Shown: positions 11,140 to 22,066, numbered from the stretch's first letter. The stretch: DNA of 28,177 nt from Zygophlyctis sp. KS116 (GCA_054661495.1 BAAFSQ010000126.1:1-28177), one strand, 5' to 3'. The notes: generated by a model from the sequence alone, not told the origin. Program-made: numbers and translations.

Positions 11140-11821
11140 TTATTCACTTTTAACTAATAGATAGCTTCGAACAGAATCAAACACTCCTAAAACATGTCCC
11201 ATACTAATCGCACCAGCTGCAAATAGAATAGGATAAATTAATACTTTTTCCAATCCACTAGACTTTAGAATTTTGTAATCTTGAACTAATTCAGAGGATT
11301 CTAATGTCCCATTAGGTCCTGGTTTAATAAAATCTAGAATTCGTTTTCCTAATACTCCTAATTGTTTGAATTCTTGTGGATGTTGTGATTTCCATCTTGA
11401 AATTTCCACGATTGCATCTTTAATAACATTTACAATTTCTGTTGGATCTCTAAACTGATAAGAACCAAATAAAATTTTACCGTTTGAAAATTTTCCTTTT
11501 TCTTGAATTTATAACAGTGGAAAACCAAGCAGATCGTAATTTTAGAATTGTATATTTTGTAAACCATTGTTTATTCAATAGAGTATGAGTAGGAATTATT
11601 TTGACTATTTCCAAGACTTTTAAAGGAAATTCATGATTGATCTTTTCTAAATCTAATAAAGAATGAGTATTTAAACCAAGGATTTTGGTTGACACACTTA
11701 GATTTCCCAAGACTTCACGAGATATAACCTGAGTTTTTGAAATTAATACATCTCTAAGAGATTTTTGGCAGGATATGACTGAAAACAAGGTTATAAAAAG
11801 GAAATGTAAAAACAATTTCAT
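11140..11821 (-). CDS. Uncharacterised signal-peptide protein with C-terminal TM (paralog B), 2 exons
   Basis: Signal peptide MKLFLHFLFITLFSVISC; phase-2 intron 11450-11480 (31 nt) at a position equivalent to intron 2 of paralog A; shared KPGP[ND]GT and IYPI[LV]F[AG]AG motifs. Confidence 0.72.
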
Positions 11822-12019
11822 ATTCTCAATCTGGAGGCTTTAAACAGGAAAAGCCTTTTGCAATTGTGCTGAAGATGGAAATGGACATGGAAATACGGAA
11901 GCTCATTCAAGAAATTCTCTGTCAAGAGGTAAGAATTTAATAGATCTAGTAGATTACAAATACAACGGTAAGATTGATTCAATTTTGAAACTTGTGTGCT
12001 CCTACACCTCTAGTAAAAA

Positions 12020-13036
12020 ATGAACCAACTCAAAGATTTCTTAGAGTCTATTGATTCTAGAACCGATTGCATGGATGCTATTAATAATTTCTTGGAAAAT
12101 CTTGATTTAGATTTCTCGGATCGGAGTAATTATGATGTACAAACTCTGTTGCATTTGGCAGTCTCAAAAGGAAATTTAGATGCAACTCAGACTTTATTAG
12201 CAGCTGGGCATCCTTGGAATGCATTAGATAAAGATGGACTATCAGTAGGAGATGTTGCATTAAAATATGGGTTTAAAGAGTTGTACAAGTTTTTAGTCTT
12301 GGAAGGGGCTAGAACAGAATTCTTATTGACGGCTTTAGGTATTCCTGGAACTGATTCAGCAGTTGACAAGGAAGTTTCTAATGTAGAGTATCTGAATTCT
12401 AAATTGGAATTTGTAGAAAATCAATTGGTTGACGCTGATCATAATGGAGTCATGATGGGTTGGGAAGAGCCATTGATGAAATTACATGCAAATATCATTT
12501 GTCCAAAAGAAGGATTAAGAATTCTTAATGTTGGATTTGGATTGGGTATCATTGATTTAGAAATTCAAAAGAGGAAACCTGTTTCTCATACTATAGTTGA
12601 AGCTCATCCAGACGTTTATAAGAAAATGATTGAGGATGGTTGGGATCAAATTCAAGGAGTTCAAGTTATTTTTGGGAGATGGCAAGATGTTTTAGATAAA
12701 TTACAAGTGTATGATGGAATTTTTTTCGACACATTTGGAGAGTATTATGATGATTTAAAGGAATTTCATGAACACTTGCCAAATATTTTAGACGAAAATG
12801 GAACTTATTCTTATTTTAATGGGCTTGCTGGAACAAATGTATTCTTTCATGATGTCGCTTGCCAAATTGCAGAGTGCGATTTAGAGGAAATTGGTTTCAC
12901 TCTAGAGTACAAAACTCTAACAGTAGATGATCTAGGAAGCGATGTTTGGAAGGGTATAAAAAGAGCATATTGGACTTTACCTCAATATAAAGCTCCAGTT
13001 TGTAAGTTGATTGATATGACTTGCATTGGTCGTTAA
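12020..13036 (+). CDS. RMT2: Protein arginine N-methyltransferase 2 (ankyrin + RMT2/GAMT-type methyltransferase)
   Basis: TLLHLAV, GHPWNALD, VMMGWEEPLM, ILNVGFGLGIID, HTIVEAHPDV, YDGIFFDTFGE motifs. Confidence 0.95.
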   Translation: MNQLKDFLESIDSRTDCMDAINNFLENLDLDFSDRSNYDVQTLLHLAVSKGNLDATQTLLAAGHPWNALDKDGLSVGDVALKYGFKELYKFLVLEGARTEFLLTALGIPGTDSAVDKEVSNVEYLNSKLEFVENQLVDADHNGVMMGWEEPLMKLHANIICPKEGLRILNVGFGLGIIDLEIQKRKPVSHTIVEAHPDVYKKMIEDGWDQIQGVQVIFGRWQDVLDKLQVYDGIFFDTFGEYYDDLKEFHEHLPNILDENGTYSYFNGLAGTNVFFHDVACQIAECDLEEIGFTLEYKTLTVDDLGSDVWKGIKRAYWTLPQYKAPVCKLIDMTCIGR

Positions 13037-13078
13037 ATCATGATCACACAATGCGCATGACGTATAATAATAAACATT

Positions 13079-14903
13079 ATGCATTACTTCCATCCAAAAA
13101 ATGAAATAGATAAGAGGTTTGCAATGGATGAGCTCGCTAAAAATTATCAAGATTTTCATAAAAACATTCATTCTACGATTTCTAGAGCAACAGGAAAAAA
13201 GGAAATTCATATACATGATCAAGTACAGTCTCCAAATGAAGCGATTTATGAAAGATTGGTAGCTGCTCCAGGAAAATATGAGGTATTTTAAGAAACATTA
13301 AAACTCAGATCATTGGTACAGATCAATGTCCGATTTCTTTCTCGGATGGACACATTGAGTCGCACTTAAAAGTACTAAAAGTCAATCCCAATTTCATGGA
13401 TGAATATGAAAAAATTAGGATCGAAGAGGAATATAAGAAGCAATTTGCTCCTAGAATAGGCTGGCAAAAGTCTTTTATGGTTGCATTAAATTCTGGAAAT
13501 CTAAAATCTATGTCTGTTGATTTTCCAATTATATCAGGGTGTAAGAAAAGGAGAAGAAATGCTCTTGTTGGAATTTCAACGATGGATTTTAATGCTCGAG
13601 CTGTATGGCATAAGGCAATCTATAAAGTCATTTACGGAATCAGAGCTGCTAAAGCATCCACAATAATTGATACCGTATCAGATAAGAGTTTAGTTTCTCA
13701 ACTTCATGAATTTCAAAGTAAAGCTGATTCAATGACACTAGCAAAGATTTCAGCAGCATTAGATATGCCTCCTTCATTAAGATCGGACGAAGACTTACGG
13801 TTTCTGAATAGAGTCCTTATGTCAAGAGTGAAAAGTTTTGCTAAATTCTCTCCAGAACAGCGGATAGAACTTTGCAGAGTAATGAGGTTAGAGAAGCATA
13901 TGGCTGGTGCAACTATACTGAAACAAGGTCATCCTCCACTCAATTTCTATTTTATGTTTTCTGGGCAATGTGATATCGTAAAAAATAGATCAGATGGAAT
14001 GGCGGGACGTGTTAGAGTTCATGTGATTAATAGTGGGTAAATCAGAATTTGAATTTATAATAGTGAATCATTTGGAGCCGTGGCATTAGAAGGACTTGTA
14101 CAAGAAACACGAACTGCCACAGTAATTTGTGCAACTGAATCGGTTTTCCTAGTTATTGATAAAGGCAAGATTTGGGAAATTTCAATTTTTAGATCAATAT
14201 CGCAGAATAGCATCGGGACAGGATTCTCCTGATCAATTGTCCCTGAGAATCTCACTCCTAAAAAACATAACAGTATTTTTGGATTGTGATCCATCCACTT
14301 TAGAGCAAGTTGCGTTGAAAACAAGAATAACTTATTATGAACAAGATTCTGTAATTTTAGTAATCAGATTTTATCGGCTCTAAAAAATAGAAAGAAGGGC
14401 AAATTTCGACTAGAATCTTTTTTATAACCAAAGGTTCAGTCAAAATATCCAAAAAAATCTCAGTTGTTAAATTCAACGATCGACCAAAATATATTCCTCA
14501 TGATTCCTCTTCACCATTACAAAAAAACCAAGTAGTAATCAGCCCTCAAATCATATATTGTTCATGTCAAAGCGGAGGGCATTTTCCTGAACCAGATGAT
14601 CCATTTCTCTATGATGTTGAAAACGATCTTAATTTTAAACAGAAATTAATTAATCGACTCACATTCTTAGAGCCTAGATGCTTGAATATCGCTAATGAAA
14701 CTATTGAATGTAAAACTCCTGTTGTTTGCGTTCACATGAATGCATTAGATTTTGCAAAACTCGTCACGCCTCATATTATCCAAAAAACACTTGTTGAATC
14801 TATAAAATTCAGAGTTTCTCCTGAAGATTTGGTAAAGCAATTCATTATCAAGCATGAATGGGATATCTATAAGAAGAAAATGATTGCTCAGTATAAAAAA
14901 TAA
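13079..14903 (+). CDS. Cyclic nucleotide-binding domain protein (two CNB folds, CNBD2-like), 5 exons
   Basis: ILKQGHPPLNFYFMFSGQC, G|ESFGAVAL...RTATV, VIL|KEGQISTRIFFITKGSV; introns 13283-13308 (26), 14037-14063 (27), 14165-14192 (28, GC-AG), 14360-14390 (31) give one continuous frame. Confidence 0.85.
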
Positions 14904-15242
14904 AATCGTTAATGTCCGAAAGCGCTGTTGGATAAAGTTAACCATCGATACTATCAATACAGCGATAAGTCGTAAGTAGTATATACAGAGCACCATAGGA
15001 TACCTTTTTATTTGTTTGCAGCTGCTATCAGTGCTTGATCATACTAGCAGAATCTGAGAAAGTGACAACTATGTTACCAAATCGTTATCAAAAATCGGAG
15101 TTGCGATAAAATAGTATGCCCAGGGATTCAAGTTGAATTGAATGAATCATTTGAATTCTGCTTAAAACTCATTATTAAACTTTATCCTAGTGATCTCCAA
15201 AAAGAACGCTTTAAGCTTTATTTTTATCTGTTCAGGCATTCA

Positions 15243-16073
15243 TTAATCGGTTGTTGCCGAGTTTTTGTCTGTTACCAAATCATTCAAGTTGCCCAAAAGC
15301 CGGTCCCAAACAGCAAAACCTCCCACTTCTTCAAAAAGACTATTTTTGGAATCCCATTTCATCCCACTGCCTACGAGAGACTCAAGACGTTCTAACTCAG
15401 CCACAGTAGCCAAAATATCATCGGTGGGATTATCATATTGACCGCCAATCCCGCTGCTACCGTAAATAATTTCCGCAGTGGCACGTAAAGAGCGTCCTCC
15501 CATCATCACAGCGAAAACGTTTTCACGCCCATATTTATCCCCCGCATCGCTCTTCTCGAATGCATAATTCAGAAGGTGTCCAAATGTATCCAAGCAGCTG
15601 ACCCAATCCCAATTGTCGACAGGAACTGCTCCAACAAACAGAGCCATATGGCAAAATACTAGAAAATCAGCAGCAATCGTTTGTTTCGTATGACCAGGAT
15701 CATACAATGAGCCAGACCGCAATTCGCCTCTCCAAGCGTAATCATCGTCAACACGCATTCTATAGCAATCGATAAACCATTCAGCGGCAGCCAGATGATG
15801 CAATCCCTTTGCCCAAGAAGAATTGGAAGATGGACGAATAAATGATTCCTTGACTTTCTTGGAATCCATAACAAAACCATTAAACACACCCAAGCTGCTA
15901 CGGGGAATGACTTGGATATTTTCACGTTTAACAAGGATACGTTTCTGTGAATCCAACAGAATAATATATCTTCCATTATCGTTGACGCCGTAGCATACAC
16001 CTTCTTGAGAATTGTAAGCCTGATTTGAAAGACCAACTAGACAAACATAAGCACCGGTTGCAATCGCACTCAT
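15243..16073 (-). CDS. Uncharacterised intronless protein: N-terminal small beta-barrel-like motif plus conserved helical domain (DCYRMRVDDDY...YAFEKSD...RSLRATAEIIYG)
   Basis: 276-codon open frame from ATG 16073; GC content visibly higher than flanking genes. Confidence 0.8.
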   Translation of the reverse strand: MSAIATGAYVCLVGLSNQAYNSQEGVCYGVNDNGRYIILLDSQKRILVKRENIQVIPRSSLGVFNGFVMDSKKVKESFIRPSSNSSWAKGLHHLAAAEWFIDCYRMRVDDDYAWRGELRSGSLYDPGHTKQTIAADFLVFCHMALFVGAVPVDNWDWVSCLDTFGHLLNYAFEKSDAGDKYGRENVFAVMMGGRSLRATAEIIYGSSGIGGQYDNPTDDILATVAELERLESLVGSGMKWDSKNSLFEEVGGFAVWDRLLGNLNDLVTDKNSATTD

Positions 16074-16207
16074 CGAAAGCAAAAAAAGATAAGTATAGCC
16101 TACTACTCATAAATCCTTCTCACAAAAAACTGTCATTTAAACAAGCGGTAAAAATCAAGAATTATATTCCAATAATTTGTGTGTAAGCCAAATAGATACT
16201 TTTCGCA

Positions 16208-18148
16208 TTAATTACTAAAATCCATCATTCCAGAATCTAATTCGATTCCTGCTCCTATAAATGCAGGAGTTGGAGAAGAGACAGGAGTGGAAAAATCAAG
16301 CAAACCGTCTTGATGGTTGGCCTTTTTCTCTTTCAAGGGTGTATTCTGCACTGATGATTTCAAATGCCAAATGATTTTCTATAATTTAGAATTAAAAACT
16401 TACTGCATCTTTCCCTCTCTTTTCCTTGATAAACATATCCTTTATCTTTTGTTCGACTGCTGATTTTTTTAAACTTTCATGTCTAAAAATTAAAAATATT
16501 AATGATTACTTTGATTTGAAATCATCTACAATCTTTGCTAAAGAATTACCAGTCCCTAGAACTTCCTTTTTTTTAAAATTTTATAATTACAGAAGTTAAT
16601 TCTTCGACCAGCTCTAAAGGAAATACTGCTTTTCTAGATATGGAACGACCCAGAGACTTTTTTTCATCAGATTCAAGGACATATTCTTTGAAAGGATCAA
16701 TAAACTGCTCACCACCTATTATGTTATATCCGTGAACTTTACCAAGAATACGAATCGGACAGGATGCCAGCATTTGTCCATTTAATACCATTGGGTGGTC
16801 ATCATACTGAATCCCAACAATTATTGGGACTTTTTGTTCAAGAATCGTACGCTTTGGCAAATCCGTGGTATCTTCTAAATCCTTATAAATCCTGACTTAC
16901 TTTTACATGGTTTATTTGCATGATCCTCATCAATCCCCTCATCATCTGATAAATATCCATGAGGAACTACCCATCCCTATATATTTAAAACACAAGAGTC
17001 ATAATACATCATTATCATCCTCATCATCAACTTCCATTAGCTCGTCCTCATCGTCCAAATCATCATCACTCTTTAGCTCTTCTCCAGGTTCATCCTCTTC
17101 CCATTCAGCCTCACTATCATACTCATAATCCAACAAATCAGCATCTTGAGCAAAAGGCTTTCTACCACTTATTACCGTTGATATTTTTGACCATGTCCCT
17201 TGATTTTTAAACAAACTTTAAATTACCAAAATAAGGCGGTCTGACATTTTCAGAAAACTTTAAAATTTTAAATTGGAGCAATTTATCCAGAGTTTTTTGA
17301 CTTTTCTTCTTGTATTCCTTTAAAATATCAAAATCTTGCTTAAAATCATTTAAATCAAAATTCTTTAATTGACATGATTTTAGCCCAATTTCCACATATT
17401 CAGGCTGATGAAACGGTAAAAAAGTTTTTTCATACTCTGTTTTTTCCTTTTCAAGTATCTTTACGACTTGTTCCTTTGGAATTGCCGTAAAAAACCCTTG
17501 AATAGACATTTGACTCTTGTCTTTTTTCTTTGACTCTTCCAACCTCTTTTTCTCTTCCTCTTTTTTCAATTTTTCCTGTTTTTTCAAATCTCTTTCAGTC
17601 TCTTTTTCCAATTTTTTAGCCAATTTTTCTGCATCCTTTAATTCCTTTAAAACTTGTTTTTCCCTTGTTTTATCATCCTTTACTTTTTTATCTCCTTTTA
17701 CCCCTAAAATATTTTTCAAGTCTTGTAGAGACATGCCTCGTGTTAATTCTACCAATTCCTCTTGCAACTTGATACGTGACTGTATCCCATTTTCCAGTGA
17801 TTCTAGTGACTCTATAGGAAAATACAATTCTTTTTCCTTTACATCCCATCTATAAATTGGATAAATTTCCAGTCCATAATTGACTCTAATAGCCAAATCA
17901 GCAACAATAGCCTGAATATCCAAATTTAGAGTATTTAGAGTATTTTTAAGTGTTTTTACCAGTTCCTTTAAATTTTGACTCGAGTCTTGAATGAGTTTAG
18001 CAACAAGACTTTTGAATTCTGCAGGAAATTCCTTAAACGGAGCAGACTTTTGCAAAGTTAGAAATTCTGCCAATTGAGTTAAAGTCCAAGGTTCATTATT
18101 AGTTTTTAGATTAATATCTTTAATATCCTTTACTTTTTGTTTAATCAT
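16208..18148 (-). CDS. RLF2: Chromatin assembly factor 1 subunit A (p150/Cac1/Rlf2), 7 exons
   Basis: KER coiled coil, PIP-like QMSIQGFF, ENVRPPYF|GTW, LDYEYDSEAEWEEDEPGEEL, GWVVPHGYLSDDEG; introns 17199-17226 (28), 16977-17007 (31), 16875-16900 (26), 16566-16590 (25), 16483-16509 (27), 16379-16403 (25). Confidence 0.93.
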
Positions 18149-18175
18149 TTTTTCTAGAGTATTTTATTTAATAAT

Positions 18176-18274
18176 TTCACGTCGTATTTTAAGAGTATTT
18201 TACTATTGAACTTTAATTCACGCCGTCAGTAGTTCACGTTGTTAATAGTTCACGCTAATATTTCACGCCGTCAG
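18176..18274. promoter_or_regulatory. Five TTCACG repeats in the divergent CAF-1/PIS1 promoter
   Basis: TTCACG at 18176, 18217, 18233, 18249, 18262; TTCACGCCGTCAG occurs twice (18217, 18262). Confidence 0.5.
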
Positions 18275-18351
18275 ATAAATTTAGTTTTATTAGATTTTTA
18301 TTACCTGATAAGAAACACTAGGAAATTAAAAGAAAGTGCCACTCTTTACAA

Positions 18352-18985
18352 ATGACCAACATCTACTTGTTTATCCCAAATATCATTGGTTATTTTAGAA
18401 TCATTTTAGCAATCATTTCTTGCCATTATTTCTCTTCACATCCTATTCTAGCAATGATACTCTATTTTCTATCTTGTCTCTTGGATGCATTTGATGGATT
18501 TACTGCTAGATTATATAACCAATGTAATTTATAATTTATAATTTTTAGCGTCTAAATTTGGTGCTGTATTAGATATGGTGACAGATCGTTGTACTACTGC
18601 TAGTCTACTAGTATATTTAGCTCATGTATTTCCTTCTTGTATGGGATTAATTCAATTTTTAATTGCTTTAGACTTTAGTTCTCATTATTGTCAAATGGTA
18701 TCTTGTCTAACTCTTGGATCTTCTTCTCATAAAAAATTATCTTCTTCTTCCAATCTCTTATTGCGACTATATTATGAAAATTCTGTAATGCTATTTTTAG
18801 TTTGTGCTGGAAATGAAGTATTTTTTATGGCTTGTTATCTATCAATATTTTATTGGAATTCATGGACTATTGGACTTGGAATAATTTCATTTCCAATTTG
18901 TCTTTTTAAACAGGTTTTAAATGTTATTCAATTACAAGGAGCAACTCAAGAATTAGTAAATTTTGAAAAGAATAAGTACAGATAA
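18352..18985 (+). CDS. PIS1: Phosphatidylinositol synthase (CDP-DAG-inositol 3-phosphatidyltransferase), 2 exons
   Basis: FIPNIIGYFR, LLDAFDGFTARLYNQ|SSKFGAVLDMVTDRC CDP-alcohol phosphotransferase motif restored by intron 18524-18548 (25 nt). Confidence 0.96.
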
Positions 18986-19012
18986 ACTCGTTTAAAAACA
19001 ATTATCCAACAG

Positions 19013-19324
19013 TTAATCTTCTTCTTCTTCATCTTCTTCTTCTTCAGCAGTAGAACTCTTTGCCTTGTAATTCTTCATGGCTTCAGTATACTTTTCCTTT
19101 TCTTTTTCAGCTTTTGCCAAGAATGGAGCTTTTTCATCTTCTGAACAAGACTTCCAAGCATCTCCTAGTAATTTTCCAATTTGTCCAAAAGTAGCATCTG
19201 GATTATCCTGTTTAATTTGACTTCTCTTTTCTTGAGAAAATAGCATAAATGCTGATAAGGCTCTCTTTGGAGCATTTGGGTCCTTTTTCTTTGGGGATTT
19301 CTTTGTGGATTTTGCTCTTGGCAT
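19013..19324 (-). CDS. NHP6: HMG-box non-histone chromosomal protein
   Basis: KKKDPNAPKRALSAFMLFSQEKR...FGQIGKLLGDAWK with acidic tail; ATG at 19324. Confidence 0.93.
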   Translation of the reverse strand: MPRAKSTKKSPKKKDPNAPKRALSAFMLFSQEKRSQIKQDNPDATFGQIGKLLGDAWKSCSEDEKAPFLAKAEKEKEKYTEAMKNYKAKSSTAEEEEDEEEED

Positions 19325-19393
19325 TTTTTTTTTCAAGTTGAAACGCGAAAATTCTAAACGCCACTATATAATAAAACGCCACAATTTATTAAT

Positions 19394-19621
19394 TCAAGGC
19401 AAAGTCCCCGCATCTACGACAATTGCATCTAATTTATCATTAGATTCCTTTTTTTTGTTTTTATTGTAAAGTTTAACTCCAAATATAATCATTGAAATTA
19501 TGAAAAAAATTGAGGTTATTATTGCTGAAAGTTGAGTTACAGGAGTAGAAGATTTTCTATATCTGTTGCTTGTGATTGCATTTACACTCAAAAAGATTAG
19601 AGGTCCAAGAATGTTATTCAT
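19394..19621 (-). CDS. Small 75-aa membrane protein of unknown function
   Basis: ATG after an A-rich leader; hydrophobic N-terminus, TM segment AIITSIFFIISMIIFGV, basic patch; fills the gap between two genes. Confidence 0.55.
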   Translation of the reverse strand: MNNILGPLIFLSVNAITSNRYRKSSTPVTQLSAIITSIFFIISMIIFGVKLYNKNKKKESNDKLDAIVVDAGTLP

Positions 19622-19663
19622 TTTTTTTTATTAAACTAAACAAACAATTTAAACAATGCAAGT

Positions 19664-20410
19664 CTAAAAATAACTACCAAAGCTAGTCTGAAATGATTTA
19701 TAATACAGAGAAAATTTTGGAGATTCTAGAGGTGATTCTAAAAGTGATTCAAATTCACTTTCAGAGTCTGAAGGAGTTGGAGATTTCTCTCTTGATAAAT
19801 ATACCTGTAAATTTAAAAACATTTTTTAAAAAAGGATTACCTGGTAATTTTGTCCTTTATTATTATCCCAATAATCAGTTCCATTCACAGTATATCTTAG
19901 ACAAAAACTTAATTTTTCTCTAAATTTGACTAAAGGATCCAAGTCTAGCGTAAATACAAATTCATCAATTCCAGTAAATGATCCAAAAGTATTAGAAATA
20001 CTCTTTGAAAAAGTACAATCAAGATCTTGGAATGATTTCCAGTCGTCCCAAGAGTATCGGACAGTAACTGTTTTTTCAAAAGATAGATTTTTGACTAGAA
20101 CAATTCCAAATATTCCACAAGTGAGTGAAAGAGATCCAAGACAAATATGATTTCCAAAAAATCCAAGTCTATAGTCGAAATTTGAATCATAAATAGTCCA
20201 TTTCTTAAAGTCGGAAATACTGTATCGCCGACTAGATGCAATTCGAGAAGGAGAATCTGTTTTCTTGAAAATACAAATGTTTTCAATGTTTTTAGAAAAT
20301 CTGATTTTGCCCCTGTAGGATTGACTTCTGGACATGGATAGAGGAGTGTCTTGGTTAAATAAACTCAGATCATTATGGGAAAATGAGCGTTTGAAAGGGG
20401 CAGAATTCAT
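19664..20410 (-). CDS. CBM21 protein, PP1 glycogen-targeting regulatory subunit (Gac1/PPP1R3-like), 2 exons
   Basis: RVxF-like KIRF; GIVLVKNLSFEKTVTVRYSWDDW and YWDNNKGQNYQ CBM21 motifs; predicted intron 19805-19840 (36 nt) adds a 46-aa Ser/Pro-rich tail. Confidence 0.88.
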
Positions 20411-20494
20411 GGTCAGAAATTGCCCTAAAACCTGACTCAATGATAACTCTCTTGTAATTCAAATCACTTTTTATTCAAATCGCATTGGTGCACT

Positions 20495-21196
20495 CTACTT
20501 TTCTTTAGAGTATATAGAGTCTTTGGACTTTATGACATCAATGTTTCTCTTGACAGAAGGTCCTCGCGCCAAGTTACCAGATGATCCAGTTGTAGAAAGT
20601 CCACTTTGAATTGCAGCAGCGATTGGGACTCCCGCCACAGTCGCTGCTTGACGATTTGTGATTTGAGATAAATCTGCAGTCAAGTTTGGTTGATCTCTTC
20701 CAGCTATTCCTCTTCCTTTTCCATCTTCATCAAATCGATGTTTATGAGTACCAGTGTATTTGCTGGTATCAGTTAGTCTAGACACAATTTCAGCGTTTTT
20801 TAAAGGAACTGTTCCGGTGCTTTTTGGGCCTGGCTTGGAACAAACAAACTTTACAAGTGAAGAATAGGCTTCAGTTGTTTGCAATTTTGGAGATCTCTTT
20901 AAAGCAATCAATTTCAAAGCTTCTTGAAAGGCTCCAAAATCTAATTTTCTACCATCTCGCTTTTTAACCTTGTTGAAAAAGATGTCAATATCAGTAGAAG
21001 TAATAGTCTTGTCTAGGATTTTAGTATCTCTGGCAAACTTTGCAAATTTAGATCCTAGAATTTAGAATTTAGAAATACCATCCATAAGTGGACCGTTCAA
21101 TGACTCATTGGAGCTAGCTGAAATTGCTAGATTCTTGGATGATCCAAATTGGCAAAAGGAGTTGTAAACACTGTAGAGATCTTCAATATGAGCCAT
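20495..21196 (-). CDS. TPPP: Tubulin polymerization-promoting protein (p25alpha domain), 2 exons
   Basis: MD|GSKFAKFARDTKI...DIDIFFNKVK and RLTDTSKYTGTHKHRFDEDGKGRGIAGR; intron 21055-21078 (24 nt). Confidence 0.92.
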
Positions 21197-21252
21197 TCTC
21201 TTTCAAAATGTAATTGTTTGTTTATTCGGAGATAAGTAAACATCCGGTCACG

Positions 21253-22032
21253 TTACATGGAACTAGATAGAATCCCTGCTTGAAAGAGTAATTGAATCTT
21301 TTTCTTAATCTGTGGACTACCATTATACAATGCCCTTGAAAGTGCTAAAGGATCTTTTGTAGAATCAGCCAAAATCTTTTGAATTTGTTCATCTTTTAAT
21401 GCATCTTGAACCTCTGAATTACTAAAAACATTTTCAAGTATTTTCTGTTCATGCTTTTCAAGATCTTTTGGGATTTGTGACATTGTAGATTTAGCAAACT
21501 GATTTCCCATTATAGACGCAAACTCTTTTAGAGCTTGAATTAGATCTGGACGCTCTTTTTGATACTTTTTTAATGCATTTGATGGATTCCTAGACATTTC
21601 TGCGAGAGCAACAGTAAATTCGGGATCTTGAAATGCTTTAGAAAGAGTAGGAGACTGTTCAATCTTTTCCAGTAAATCTGGAGTCATCCATTCTGAATTA
21701 TTTTGTTGTATTACATTTTGAACCTGATCAAACACTAGAGGATTTTTAGCATCTTTTTTTGGTTTTATCAATGGAATATCATGGTCTTTTTTCTTTGGAA
21801 CTATTGCACTTTTTGAAGTTTTTGGACTTTGAGAATCAAAGAAACCTTTTTTAAGACCGCTAAAAGTAGCTTCAGTTTTTCTAATATCTTGAGTTGGTGA
21901 TACCGTGTCTTTTAGATCTGTTTTAACTAGAATAGACTGTTTAACTAGAGTCGACTGTTTAACTAGAGCCGGCGGTTTAACTAAAAATGCAGACATATCT
22001 TCCAATGGTGGAACATCATCATCATTAATCAT
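21253..22032 (-). CDS. STI1/HOP-DP domain protein
   Basis: VPPLEDM, GLKKGFF, AFQDPEF...MSRNP, ALKDEQIQKIL...KDP, KKIQLLFQAGIL (HOP DP2-like ending). Confidence 0.78.
   Translation of the reverse strand: MINDDDVPPLEDMSAFLVKPPALVKQSTLVKQSILVKTDLKDTVSPTQDIRKTEATFSGLKKGFFDSQSPKTSKSAIVPKKKDHDIPLIKPKKDAKNPLVFDQVQNVIQQNNSEWMTPDLLEKIEQSPTLSKAFQDPEFTVALAEMSRNPSNALKKYQKERPDLIQALKEFASIMGNQFAKSTMSQIPKDLEKHEQKILENVFSNSEVQDALKDEQIQKILADSTKDPLALSRALYNGSPQIKKKIQLLFQAGILSSSM
21922..21983. repeat. 18-bp coding minisatellite (about 3.5 copies, TTTAACTAGA core) encoding LVKxxx
   Basis: Units start at 21922, 21940, 21958, 21976; protein LVKPPALVKQSTLVKQSILVK. Confidence 0.85.
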
Positions 22033-22066
22033 TTTTCAAGTTTGCGGAAGACACGAATTAAAAAAC

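Noticed and set aside
21905-22066. N-terminal extension of the GCV3 ORF with LTRxDC repeats
   Set aside because: It starts at GTG and is the antisense reading of the STI1-gene minisatellite; ATG 22067 gives a plausible mitochondrial presequence.
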